A stretch of DNA of 64,000 nt, from contig DATJXU010000004.1 in NCBI GenBank assembly GCA_035499915.1, positions 1,398 to 65,397 on the forward strand, written 5' to 3'. The stretch is from Acidocella sp. (GTDB lineage Bacteria; Pseudomonadota; Alphaproteobacteria; Acetobacterales; Acetobacteraceae). Numbering within the stretch: position 1 is the stretch's first letter; every line of letters starts with the position of its first letter. The notes beneath the pieces are model-generated. The model had not been told where the DNA came from. It saw only the letters and a list, made by a program, of their open reading frames with translations, and made no database searches. The translations under genes and the position numbers were made by a program. Shown here in pieces: positions 38,056-47,799 of the stretch.

Positions 38056-39386
38056 GCCGCCACCATCTCGGCGCCAAGCTTGCGCATCAGGGCCAGAAAA
38101 CCGGGGAAGGAGGTGTCGATGAAACTTGCATCGTCGATCCGCACGGGCTGTTCGCTCACCTGGCCGAGCACCAGGGCGGACATGGCCAGCCGGTGGTCCA
38201 TATGCGTCTCCACCAGCCCGCCGCCCGGAATGGCGCCGGTGCCATGGATGATCAGGTCGTCGCCCTCGATCTCCACCGCCACGCCATTCACCCGCAGCAG
38301 GGCGGCGGTGGCGGAAAGCCGGTCTGATTCCTTCACCCGCAGCTCCGAGAGGCCGCGCAGGCGCGAGGTGCCGCGCGCGGCGGCGCAGAGCACAGCGAGG
38401 ACCGGATATTCATCGATCATGCTGGGGGCGCGCCCGGGCGGCACATCCACGGCGCCCAGTTCGCAATAAGAGGCGGTGAGATCGCCCACCGGCTCGCCGC
38501 CCTCGGTGCGCTGGTTTGCCACGCTGAGTTTGGCGCCCATCTCCCGCAGGCTGGCGAACAGCCCGGTGCGCAGAGGGTTGAGCCCGACATTGGCGATGGT
38601 CACCTCGCTGCCCGGCACGAGCAAAGCAGCGGCCACGGGGAAGGCGGCGGAGGAGGGATCGCCCGGCACCGCCACATCGGCGCCGCGCAGCTCCGGCTGG
38701 CCCCTCAGGCGGATATGCCGGCCCTTGCCGGCCTCGGTCACGGTTACTTCCGCGCCGAAATGGCGGAGCATGTTTTCCGAATGGTCGCGGGTGGGTTCGG
38801 GTTCCTCAACCTCGGTGAAGCCCGGCGCGTTGAGGCCCGCGAGCAGCACGGCGGATTTCACCTGGGCGGAGGCCACCGGCAGCCGGTAGGAAAGCGGCAT
38901 CGGGTCGCGGGCGCCGAGAATCGTCAGCGGCAGGCGGTTGCCCGCCCTGGCGAAAAATTGTGCGCCGGTGGCTTGCAGGGGATCGATCACCCTTCCCATC
39001 GGGCGTTTACGCAGCGAGGCGTCACCGGTCATCACCGCGTAAAGCTCGTGGGTGGAGAGAATGCCCGCCAGCAGCCGCGCGGCGGTGCCGGAATTGCCCA
39101 TGTCCAGCACGTCCGCCGGTTCGGTCAGCCCGCCAAGGCCGCGGCCCGAGACCAGCCAATCTGCGCCGTCGCGGGAGATTTCAGCCCCCAGGGCCTGCAT
39201 GGCGGCGGCGGTGCGCAGCACGTCCTCGCCTTCGAGCAGGCCGGAAATGCGGGTCTGGCCGACGGCGAGCGCGCCAAACATCAGGGCGCGGTGGCTGATG
39301 GATTTGTCTCCCGGCACGGTGACGCGGCCGGTCAGGGGGCCGGCGGAGCGGCGGGAGAGATGGGGACGTGGGGAATGCTGGTCCAT
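38052..39386 (-). CDS. aroA: 3-phosphoshikimate 1-carboxyvinyltransferase
   Basis: PGDKSISHR, DMGNSGT, SAQVKSA, RDHSE, ELRVKESDR and DHRLAM. Start at MDQHS. Confidence 0.97.
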   Translation of the reverse strand: MDQHSPRPHLSRRSAGPLTGRVTVPGDKSISHRALMFGALAVGQTRISGLLEGEDVLRTAAAMQALGAEISRDGADWLVSGRGLGGLTEPADVLDMGNSGTAARLLAGILSTHELYAVMTGDASLRKRPMGRVIDPLQATGAQFFARAGNRLPLTILGARDPMPLSYRLPVASAQVKSAVLLAGLNAPGFTEVEEPEPTRDHSENMLRHFGAEVTVTEAGKGRHIRLRGQPELRGADVAVPGDPSSAAFPVAAALLVPGSEVTIANVGLNPLRTGLFASLREMGAKLSVANQRTEGGEPVGDLTASYCELGAVDVPPGRAPSMIDEYPVLAVLCAAARGTSRLRGLSELRVKESDRLSATAALLRVNGVAVEIEGDDLIIHGTGAIPGGGLVETHMDHRLAMSALVLGQVSEQPVRIDDASFIDTSFPGFLALMRKLGAEMVAA

Positions 39387-39485
39387 GCGCGCGCGCTTAG
39401 CATGGCTGGCGGCGTTTGACATAGAAGCAATGGCATGGCATCGCGCCGCCTTTGATTGATACGGCTCATTCACCCGAGGTTTGAC

Positions 39486-39812
39486 ATGGCGAAACCCGAA
39501 CTTGGCGAAAAACATACCTGCGTCTCTTGCGGGGCAAGATTCTTTGATCTCGGCAAGGAGCCGGCCGTGTGCCCGAAATGCGGTACAGAGCAGCCTGCCG
39601 AACAACCGCGCCTGAAGCGCGCCGCGCCTCTGCCCGAGGAGCAGAAGAAAGTCGCCAAACCGGCGATCGACCCGGATGATGTGGACGTGGAAGTCCCCGA
39701 TGACGGCGATGATGAGGACATCCTGGCGGATGCCGATGATCTGGAGGATGATTCCGACGTGATCGACGCCGATATCGACGTGCAGACCGAAGGCGGCGAC
39801 GACGAGCGCTGA
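39486..39812 (+). CDS. TIGR02300/FYDLN_acid family protein
   Basis: MAKPELG.K..C..CGARFFDL....CPKCG with an acidic tail. Divergent from aroA. Confidence 0.9.
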   Translation: MAKPELGEKHTCVSCGARFFDLGKEPAVCPKCGTEQPAEQPRLKRAAPLPEEQKKVAKPAIDPDDVDVEVPDDGDDEDILADADDLEDDSDVIDADIDVQTEGGDDER

Positions 39813-39842
39813 GCCGCCTCGAACGCTGCAGGATATTCAGAG

Positions 39843-39878
39843 AAAAGCCCTTCCGGAATCTCCGGAAGGGCTTTTTTT
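39843..39878. terminator. Bidirectional terminator
   Basis: AAAAGCCCTTCCGGA-ATC-TCCGGAAGGGCTTTTTTT between convergent genes. Confidence 0.9.
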
Positions 39879-42705
39879 ATTTCGGAGCGGGCTTCCAGCC
39901 CCGGATGGCCTCCAGGTCCATGGTGCGGCCGGGATGCCCCCAAGGGCCGATTATCCTGGTAGGCAGGGTCAGAGGCGGCTTTATGGACGGGGTTGCGTCC
40001 AGCTTCAGCGCTAATGTGGAATCGAACAGATCGATATCGCCACTGGCGGCAACGTTGCCGGACGGTGCGGTGAGCTGCGCCTGGGTCAATGTGCAATTGC
40101 CCTGGGCGATGGTCACCGCCAGCGTCAGGGTGGTGAAGGGCGTGGTCCCGCTGCCGAGCGCCCGTGCCAAATTCGCGCGCTTGGGCGGCCTCAGGGCCGT
40201 CACCAGATCGGGCAAGGAAAGCCCGTTTAGCGTCCCGTTGCTGGCGGTGATGGTGCCGCTGCCGCCCAGTGTCGCTTCCCAGGCCTTTGCCGTATAGCCA
40301 GAGGCGGTGAGGCTGGCCGTGGCGCTGATCTGGCCGCTGGCGAGGGTAAGCGGGAAGCTCTGTGGCAGTGTCAGCGCGCTGGCATCCACATCTTCGGCCA
40401 GCAATTTGGCGGTCAAGGCGGGGGGGGCGTTGGCGGCGAGTTTCAAGGCTGCGGAGCCGGAGATATGGCCATTGCCGATGCTGGCTTGCGCCAGGTTCAG
40501 GCTGGCATTGCCCGGCGCCAGGGTGAACATGCCTGAGGTCGGTCCAAAGACCGGAATGCCCGCATACAGAACCCGGCCCGCCTTGAAGGCGATGCTGCCG
40601 GACAGCGACAGGGAAGATGGCATTTGCAGGTTGGCAGGCAAGGGCGGCAAGGCAAGCGTGCCGGAATCGATCTGCCCGGTCAGGCGGCCTTTGGCCGCCA
40701 GCAATTGGCCGGAGGCGTTCAGCAGTCCGGCGCTGAGCACGAAGTCATTCAGCCCGTAATGATCCGCCGCGGCGCTGAAGCGCGCGCGCAGCGCCAGCGC
40801 ACCCGGGCCGGGGAAGGCGAGGGCCGGGTCGTTGGCATTGGCGATGCAGGGCAGGTTGACCCCTTGGAACGGGTAGCCGGAGAGTGGCGCCATCCTGGCG
40901 CAGCCTGTGCCCAACCCGAGCAGCTTCAGCGCCGCGATGGCGTTGGGGTGCCGCAAGGATACCGCCCCGCTGGCGCTTTGCTTGACCAGATCGATGACCG
41001 GCGCGGCGGTGAGGGTGAAATCCCCCAGCTTGACCACGGCGCTGGTGGCGAGCGCGTCGGGCGGCCCGGCGGCGGCCACCACCAGGTTCAGATGCGGGCT
41101 CAGCAGGTCAGGCGGCAGCTTCAGGCGGGCGGGCAGCAGCGCGGCCAGCGGCGTGGCGGAGGGCAGGTCCAGAAAGGCATGGGCTGAGGTGACCTTGAAA
41201 CTGTCATCCAGCGTCACGCTGCCGCCCGCAATGCCGCCATACAGATTGGCGGTGGCGCGGCGGATGCTCAGCGTGCCGTCCAGCGCGGCATCGACGAACA
41301 GATTGCTGAGCTTCACCGGTCCGGCATCGGCATGTTTGGCGGTCAGTTCCCCTTCCACGGTTAAATTCGTGTTCAGGGGACGCTGGCCGAGCCAGGCGGC
41401 CAGCGGCGCCAGGGCAAGGTGGTCGAAGCCGAGCTGGAAGGCGGCATGATTGCTGGAGAGGATCACCTGCCCGTTGACATGGTCCTGCCCGAGCGTGCCG
41501 GAGAGCGATTTGAACACAGCCGTGGTGCGGTTGCCGCCCAGATCCGCCTGCAATGAGGCAGACGCCCAGGCCGTTTCCGCCGGCAGGCCGAACCCGGCGG
41601 TTAGGGCGGTGAGGTCCGGTGCCGAGAGGCTGAGATGGCCGGAGAGGCTGGCATCCGGCGCAATGGCGATATTCCCGGCCAAACTGGCGCCGCCGGGCAG
41701 CCCGAGCGTCAAATCCTTGATCGAACTGCCGCTCGGCCCTGCCTGCAGCGTGGCCTGGAGCGCGGGGTAGGTCTTGCCCGCCATGACCACATTGGCGGCA
41801 TTCAGGCTGACATGGGTTGGCAATTGCGACGGCCAGATCGCCAGGGTGGCGCCGAGCTTGCCGAAATCGAGATCATGGCCGGTGAGATCGGCCTCCAGTG
41901 TGAGCGGACTGAAAGCGAGCGTCGCCGCGCCGGCGACCTGCATCTGGCCCTGGGCAAGCTGCAGGCTGGACGTGGAAATGCCATCAGCGTCGGCGTCAAT
42001 CTGCGCGCTTCCCGCCATGCCGCCGGGCAGTTGCAGTGTGAGTTGCCCGTTCAGCTGGCTTTGCGAATCCAGCGTGCCGGACAGATCAGCCTTGCCGCCA
42101 TCGACCGTGCCCTGGATGGAGAGTTGCGCCGAGCCGTCATCGGCGGTTTCGCCTATGGCGAGGGTGAGCGACACCGGGTGTTGCGCCAGCTCGCCGTTGC
42201 CCGACACGCTGACGCTGCCGCCCGTGCCCGTGAACAGATCCGCGTTGACGTCCGTGAAATCCGCCGCGCCAAAGCGGATGAGCCCATTTTCGACATGGGC
42301 GTGCAAGGCGGCCAGCCAGGGCGGTGGCGCGACGGCGCTGATGCCCCCCGGTAACGGCCAGGGGAAGGAGATGGTGGGCGTGTCCAGATTAAGTGTGCGG
42401 ACCGCGAGCTGCCCGCGCAGCAACGGTGGCACGGCGAGGTCGAGCGACAATGCCCGTGCGGTGACCACTTCGTTGTCCGGCCCGGTGATGGTGATGCCCG
42501 AGGCGATGAGTTCCGGCTGCGGCCAGTAAGAAAGGGTAAGCTTGCCGCTGATATGCACCTCTCGCCCGGTCAGGCGGGAGGCGAACGCCTCCACTGCCGC
42601 GCGATGTGCCGGGGAGGCCACGAAAGCGGGCAGGGCCAGCAGCAGCCCGGCAAGCATGAGCACAAACGCCAGTGGCGCCGCCCAAAGGAGGTGTTTGCGC
42701 GTCAA
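39877..42705 (-). CDS. AsmA-family protein
   Basis: N-terminal TM anchor, TGREVHISG, repeated beta-strand pattern and C-terminal GTTPF..L....I..G motif. 942 aa. Confidence 0.8.
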   Translation of the reverse strand: MTRKHLLWAAPLAFVLMLAGLLLALPAFVASPAHRAAVEAFASRLTGREVHISGKLTLSYWPQPELIASGITITGPDNEVVTARALSLDLAVPPLLRGQLAVRTLNLDTPTISFPWPLPGGISAVAPPPWLAALHAHVENGLIRFGAADFTDVNADLFTGTGGSVSVSGNGELAQHPVSLTLAIGETADDGSAQLSIQGTVDGGKADLSGTLDSQSQLNGQLTLQLPGGMAGSAQIDADADGISTSSLQLAQGQMQVAGAATLAFSPLTLEADLTGHDLDFGKLGATLAIWPSQLPTHVSLNAANVVMAGKTYPALQATLQAGPSGSSIKDLTLGLPGGASLAGNIAIAPDASLSGHLSLSAPDLTALTAGFGLPAETAWASASLQADLGGNRTTAVFKSLSGTLGQDHVNGQVILSSNHAAFQLGFDHLALAPLAAWLGQRPLNTNLTVEGELTAKHADAGPVKLSNLFVDAALDGTLSIRRATANLYGGIAGGSVTLDDSFKVTSAHAFLDLPSATPLAALLPARLKLPPDLLSPHLNLVVAAAGPPDALATSAVVKLGDFTLTAAPVIDLVKQSASGAVSLRHPNAIAALKLLGLGTGCARMAPLSGYPFQGVNLPCIANANDPALAFPGPGALALRARFSAAADHYGLNDFVLSAGLLNASGQLLAAKGRLTGQIDSGTLALPPLPANLQMPSSLSLSGSIAFKAGRVLYAGIPVFGPTSGMFTLAPGNASLNLAQASIGNGHISGSAALKLAANAPPALTAKLLAEDVDASALTLPQSFPLTLASGQISATASLTASGYTAKAWEATLGGSGTITASNGTLNGLSLPDLVTALRPPKRANLARALGSGTTPFTTLTLAVTIAQGNCTLTQAQLTAPSGNVAASGDIDLFDSTLALKLDATPSIKPPLTLPTRIIGPWGHPGRTMDLEAIRGWKPAPK

Positions 42706-42737
42706 GTTAACTCGTGAATCCGTCTCTTATTCATAAA

Positions 42738-42802
42738 TTAGAAGGCGATTTACGCTTCAGGTTGCACTGGGACTGGTTCAACCTGAAGCGCGCGCACTCT
42801 AA
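42738..42802. repeat. Palindromic element with CAGGTTG/CAACCTG core and TTAGA...TCTAA ends
   Basis: Perfect 12-bp inverted repeat CGCTTCAGGTTG (42753-42764) / CAACCTGAAGCG (42779-42790). Confidence 0.7.
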
Positions 42803-42869
42803 ATCCCGCCATGGTGAATGTCCCATTGTGTGGTTGGGTTCAAGGGTGGGGCTGTGCTAGGCAGGTTGT

Positions 42870-43658
42870 ATGAGTTATTGGGGCAAGTTTATCGGCGGCA
42901 TGGCCGGCTTCGCCATGGGCGGGCCTGTTGGCGCGCTGTTTGGCGCGGCGCTGGGGCATGCGGCGGATGAAGGCAAGCTGCACGCTTTTACCGCTGGCGT
43001 TTCGGGTTTTGCCGGCCGGGCAATCCCCTTCGACCCGCTGAAGCTCGCTTCCATGCTGGGGCGCCGAGACCAGATTTTTGCGGTTGGCGTGACGGTGCTG
43101 GCTGCCAAGCTATGCAAGTGTGACGGGCCGGTGAGCCGGGTGGAGATCGACACATTCAAGCGCAGCTTCGCGATTCCGCCGGGCAGCATGTCCGAGGTGG
43201 CCCGGCTGTTCGATAGCGCGCGCGAGAGCGCCGCCGGGTTTGAGAGCTACGCCACTCAGCTTGGCCAAGCCTTCTCGGACGACAGGGGCGCGCTGGAGAT
43301 GGTTCTGGCCGGACTCTACCAGATCGCCCGGGCGGACGGGCCGGTAAACGCGGCGGAGGCGGATTTTCTCTCCCGTGTGGCGTTCGGGTTCGGGCTCAAC
43401 GACGCGGCGACGCGCCGGGCGGGGCAGGGCGTGCCGCCGCCCTCAAAACCCTCGGAAGACCCGTATCTCGTGCTCGGCGTAAAGCCGCAGGCCAGTTCCG
43501 AAGAGATCAGAGCGCGTTGGAAGCAGCTTATGCGCGAAAATCATCCGGACAGCATGGCGTCGAAGGGGGCTACCCCAACGGCGATCAAGGCGGCCTCCGA
43601 AAAAGTGGCGCGGATCAATGCCGCCTATGATGCCGTAAAGCGCGAGCGGGGGCTGTAG
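42870..43658 (+). CDS. djlA: DnaJ-like co-chaperone DjlA (TM-TerB-J domain)
   Basis: WGKFIGG..G, K.DG.V, ARADG, DPY.VLG, HPD and INAAY. Confidence 0.9.
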   Translation: MSYWGKFIGGMAGFAMGGPVGALFGAALGHAADEGKLHAFTAGVSGFAGRAIPFDPLKLASMLGRRDQIFAVGVTVLAAKLCKCDGPVSRVEIDTFKRSFAIPPGSMSEVARLFDSARESAAGFESYATQLGQAFSDDRGALEMVLAGLYQIARADGPVNAAEADFLSRVAFGFGLNDAATRRAGQGVPPPSKPSEDPYLVLGVKPQASSEEIRARWKQLMRENHPDSMASKGATPTAIKAASEKVARINAAYDAVKRERGL

Positions 43659-43667
43659 GCCAGGTTC

Positions 43668-44306
43668 ATGTTTCAGCATATGGGCGTGTTTTTCGCTGCG
43701 GCGGTGATGCTGGCGCTGCTGCCCGGGCCTGGAATGACCTATGTGGTCAGCCGCAGCCTGGCGGGCGGGGCGCGAGAAGGGCTGGCATCCAGCCTGGGCA
43801 CGGGAACCGGCGGGGTCATCCAGGTGGTGTTGGGGGCCCTGGGGCTTTCCGCTCTGGTGCTGGCCAGCGCGGAACTCTTCGCGGTGTTGAAGCTGGCTGG
43901 CGCGGTTTATCTGGTCTGGCTGGGCATCAGCACGATACTGCGGGCCAAAGCGGATGCCGCTTCGTTGCTGGCGGTGGGAGTGCACAGGGCTGGTGCGCGC
44001 CGGGCTTGGCGCGACGGGGTGGCGGTTTCCATGCTTAACCCCAAAACGGCGGCCTTTTTCCTGGCGTTTCTGCCGCAATTCATCGCGCCGGCCGCTGGCC
44101 ATGTGGCGCTGCAATTCATGGCCTTGGGCACGGCCACGACCCTCATCTACACCGGCTCTGACGCGATGATGGCGCTGGCGGCGGCCAAGCTGAAGCAGAT
44201 TTTAATCCGCCATGACGGCGTGGTGACGCGGGTGCGGCAGATGGCGGGTGGCATGATGATCTGCCTGGGGCTGGGGCTTTTGCTCACCCGCCACCCGGCT
44301 GCGTGA
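43668..44306 (+). CDS. LysE/RhtB family exporter
   Basis: PGPG, GAVYLVWLG and NPK...FFLAFLPQF. Confidence 0.9.
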   Translation: MFQHMGVFFAAAVMLALLPGPGMTYVVSRSLAGGAREGLASSLGTGTGGVIQVVLGALGLSALVLASAELFAVLKLAGAVYLVWLGISTILRAKADAASLLAVGVHRAGARRAWRDGVAVSMLNPKTAAFFLAFLPQFIAPAAGHVALQFMALGTATTLIYTGSDAMMALAAAKLKQILIRHDGVVTRVRQMAGGMMICLGLGLLLTRHPAA

Positions 44307-44977
44307 GCCAGTTGATGATTTTCGAGCCTTCGCCGAATATCGATGAGCGAAACGAACCGGTTTGCGTGCTGGTCATGCATTACACCGGCATGCCGACGGC
44401 GCGTTCGGCGATCGATCTCTTGAAATCACCCCGGTCCAAGGTCTCGGCCCATTATGTGGTGGATGAGGATGGCACGATCTATAATCTTGTGCCGGAGCAG
44501 AAACGCGCCTGGCATGCTGGAATCTCTTTTTGGCGCGGCGTGAGGATGCTCAACGATGCCTCGATCGGCATCGAGATCGTCAATCCCGGCCATGAATGGG
44601 GCTACAGGCCGTTTCCGCCTGAACAGATGCGGGCCGTGCTGGAGCTCTCCCAGGGCATCATCGCCCGGCATCGCATTGAAGCGCGCAACGTGGTGGCGCA
44701 TTCCGACATCGCCCCGGACCGCAAGCAGGACCCTGGTGAACTGTTCGACTGGCCCTGGCTGGCTGCCAATGGCGTGGGCCTGTGGACGCAGGATTGCGAC
44801 CCGCCGGGGGATTTGCGGGCGGATCTGGCGGCCATCGGCTATGATGTGGCGCTGCCGGAGCGCGATGTGGTCCTGGCCTTCCAGCGGCATTTTCTTCCCC
44901 ATCATCTCAGCGGGTTGGCGGACGCGCCCACAGCCGGGCGCGCGGCGGCACTGCGCCGCCTTGTGGAAGACGGTTGA
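44303..44977 (+). CDS. N-acetylmuramoyl-L-alanine amidase (Amidase_2, AmpD/AmiD-like)
   Basis: SPN.DER, MHYTGM, VSAHY, AWHAG.S.W, SIGIEI and HSDIAP.RK.DPG. Confidence 0.92.
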   Translation: MSQLMIFEPSPNIDERNEPVCVLVMHYTGMPTARSAIDLLKSPRSKVSAHYVVDEDGTIYNLVPEQKRAWHAGISFWRGVRMLNDASIGIEIVNPGHEWGYRPFPPEQMRAVLELSQGIIARHRIEARNVVAHSDIAPDRKQDPGELFDWPWLAANGVGLWTQDCDPPGDLRADLAAIGYDVALPERDVVLAFQRHFLPHHLSGLADAPTAGRAAALRRLVEDG

Positions 44978-45009
44978 CGCGACCGGTAATCGGCCCTAGG
45001 CACCGCGCC

Positions 45010-45399
<390 letters not shown>

Positions 45400-45511
45400 C
45401 TTGTTTCAAAGCCGGAATGGATTTGAAACACAAGGAGAACGAATGAAGAAAATTCCACGGAATCCTTGGAGACTCCCGATCCGTCCATGTGGCGGAATCG
45501 GCCGATTCCTT

Positions 45512-45564
45512 TTGACGGGCGTCAGGGGGCATGGTAGTGGAGTTAAAACCCATGTTTTCCCATG
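45512..45564 (+). promoter_or_regulatory. Putative dcw promoter with candidate MraZ boxes
   Basis: TTGACG-N17-TAGTGG, followed by CCCATG twice at 10-bp spacing (45549 and 45559). Confidence 0.4.
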
Positions 45565-45610
45565 AAGTGGTGAATTCGGGTGGAGGCGAAAGGGGTTACG
45601 GCCTGGGGCA

Positions 45611-46054
45611 ATGAAGCAGTTCTTTGGCAGCCACGAGAACAAGCGCGATGCGAAGGGGCGGGTGTCCGTCCCGGCGTCGTTCCGTGCCGCCTGGAAGGAC
45701 CACCCGGAGATGACGCTGATCCTGCGCCCGTCTTTCATCGAGGGCTGCGTGGAAGCCTGGCCGCTGCCCAATTACGAGCGCTTCCAAGCCAAGGTGGACG
45801 CAATGCCTGAAATGAGCCGCGAACAGGTGGGGCTGCAGACGCAGGTTTATTCTGATGCCGAAGAGGTGGAGCTGGACGGGCAGGGGCGCATTCTCATCAC
45901 CGGCTATCTGGCGGAGGTCGCCAGCCTGTCGGATGCGGTGTTCTTCATGGGCCGGGGGGATCATTTTCTGATCTGGGCGCCGGATGCAGGCAAGGCGTTT
46001 CGTGATGCCTCCCGCGCCATGGCGCCCAAGCTCAGCTTCGGAGCGCCGGTATGA
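45611..46054 (+). CDS. mraZ: Transcriptional regulator MraZ
   Basis: DAKGRVSVPASFR, LDGQGRILI and G.GD.F.IW. First gene of the dcw cluster. Confidence 0.93.
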   Translation: MKQFFGSHENKRDAKGRVSVPASFRAAWKDHPEMTLILRPSFIEGCVEAWPLPNYERFQAKVDAMPEMSREQVGLQTQVYSDAEEVELDGQGRILITGYLAEVASLSDAVFFMGRGDHFLIWAPDAGKAFRDASRAMAPKLSFGAPV

Positions 46055-46966
46055 TGGAATATTCACACATTTCAGTGCTGCGGGATGAAGCGGTGGCGGC
46101 GTTGCGGCTTGCCGATGGTGGTGTGTATCTCGATGGCACGTTTGGCGGTGGCGGGTATTCGCGCGCCATTCTGGAGGCTGCCTCCTGCCGGCTTTATGCC
46201 ATTGACCGCGACCCGGACGCTGTTGCGCGGGCGGAAACGTTGCGCGCGGACTATCCCGGCAGGTTTGAGATCATGCCAGGCAGGATCAGTGAACTTTCTG
46301 AAATGATGGCGGCGCGCAAGGCCGGGTTCCTGGATGGTGCGGTGTTTGACCTGGGGCTTTCCTCCTATCAGATCGACGACCCGGCGCGCGGTTTCTCGTT
46401 TCGGCAGGATGGGCCGCGATGGTCGCGATGCCGCATCGATCGTAAATCTTTGCGCCGAATCCGAGCTTGCCGATATTTTGTACAAATACGGCGATGAAAA
46501 AGCCGCGCGGCGGGTTGCGAAGGCAATCGTCGAGCGGCGCAAGGTGCAAAAATTTGCGACGACGGCGGACCTGGCCGGCGTGATACGGGGTGTTGTGAGA
46601 CCGGATAAATCGGGCATCGACCCGGCGACGAGGAGCTTCCAGGCGCTGCGCATCGCTGTGAACGAGGAGCTGGCCGATATCGAGGCGGCTCTGGAGCAGG
46701 CGGCTGCGATGCTGAAGCCGGGTGGGCGACTTGTTGTGGTCAGTTTTCATTCGTTGGAGGACCGGATCGTGAAGCATTTCTTCGCGGCGCAGTCAGGGCG
46801 CGTGCCGGCGGCTTCCCGGCACGATCCGGCCGGTTTGGCGCCGGTGGCGGCGCCCCGTTTCAGGCTGGTGACCAAATCGCCCATTCTGCCTGGGGCGGCT
46901 GAAATTCGTGCCAACCCCCGCGCGCGCAGCGCCAAGTTGCGGGTCATGGAAAGGTTCGCGGCATGA
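46051..46966 (+). pseudogene. rsmH: 16S rRNA m4C1402 methyltransferase, frameshifted near 46407-46417 (real lesion or assembly error)
   Basis: The N-half ([28 protein letters not shown]) and C-half ([38 protein letters not shown]) are in different frames. The LDM of the conserved GPLDMRM motif is missing. Confidence 0.85.
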
Positions 46967-47799
46967 TCGTCCGGCCCTTCACCTTCCTGGCCGGCCTGCT
47001 TTTCGCGCTGTCTGGTGCGTATCTGTTCGTGGTCAAGCATCAAAGCCAGGCGCTGGAGGACCAGCTTGAACAGGTGGCTGAGGGCAGCCGCCAGGATGAG
47101 CAGAGCATCCGCGTGCTGCAGGCGCAATGGGCGCTGGAGGCCGATCCGTCGCGCATCGCCGCGCTCGCCGCGCAATTTACCGGGTTGCAGCCGATGCAGC
47201 CGGGGCAGCTGGTCACGCTGGCTTCGCTGGCGAGCAGCCTGCCGGCGCCCGGCAGCGCCGCGCCGTACAGCAATCCGCAGGATGAGGTGCCGGCCATCCC
47301 CGGTGCTGGCAATGCGCCGGCAGCACCTTCCGGTCCGCCAATCGAGGTGCAGGGACATCTTGCCGCCGCGCAGGAGGGCAGGGCCGTCACGACGGCCAGC
47401 GCCGTGCCCGCCAGACCCGCTCCGGCCACGCAACAGCTTGCCGATAACGCGGCGCCGTCCGCCACTGTTCCGCCGCGCCGCCCGGTTCATCCGCGCGCCA
47501 CGGAGCGGCATGCCGCGGCGCGCCTGGCCAGCGCTGAAAGCGTGCCCCATGCTTTGCCCGAGGCCCTGGTGCGCCAGGCGGCGGCGCACCGGGTGCAGGC
47601 ACCCTCCGCGCTTTATGCGGCCTCGGCCAGCGCCATTGCCCCGGCTGGATCCGCCTCCCACCAGACGAGGATGCTGCCGATGGGGGCGCAGGTGATGCGG
47701 GTGCGTGCAACGGCGGAGGCGGCGGTTGAGCCGCAGCTCGCGGCACCTCTGGGTGGCGGTTCCCTTCTTGGCATGGCGCAGACCGGGAGCCAGAATTGA
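46963..47799 (+). CDS. ftsL: Cell division protein FtsL-like, with long low-complexity tail
   Basis: TM segment then LF.VK, I.VL.A.W....P.RI (alphaproteobacterial FtsL pattern). Lies between rsmH and ftsI. Confidence 0.75.
   Translation: MIVRPFTFLAGLLFALSGAYLFVVKHQSQALEDQLEQVAEGSRQDEQSIRVLQAQWALEADPSRIAALAAQFTGLQPMQPGQLVTLASLASSLPAPGSAAPYSNPQDEVPAIPGAGNAPAAPSGPPIEVQGHLAAAQEGRAVTTASAVPARPAPATQQLADNAAPSATVPPRRPVHPRATERHAAARLASAESVPHALPEALVRQAAAHRVQAPSALYAASASAIAPAGSASHQTRMLPMGAQVMRVRATAEAAVEPQLAAPLGGGSLLGMAQTGSQN

Noticed and set aside
46395-46440. Programmed ribosomal frameshift in rsmH
   Set aside because: Conserved residues (LDM) are physically missing and there is no slippery heptamer, so recoding could not restore the protein.
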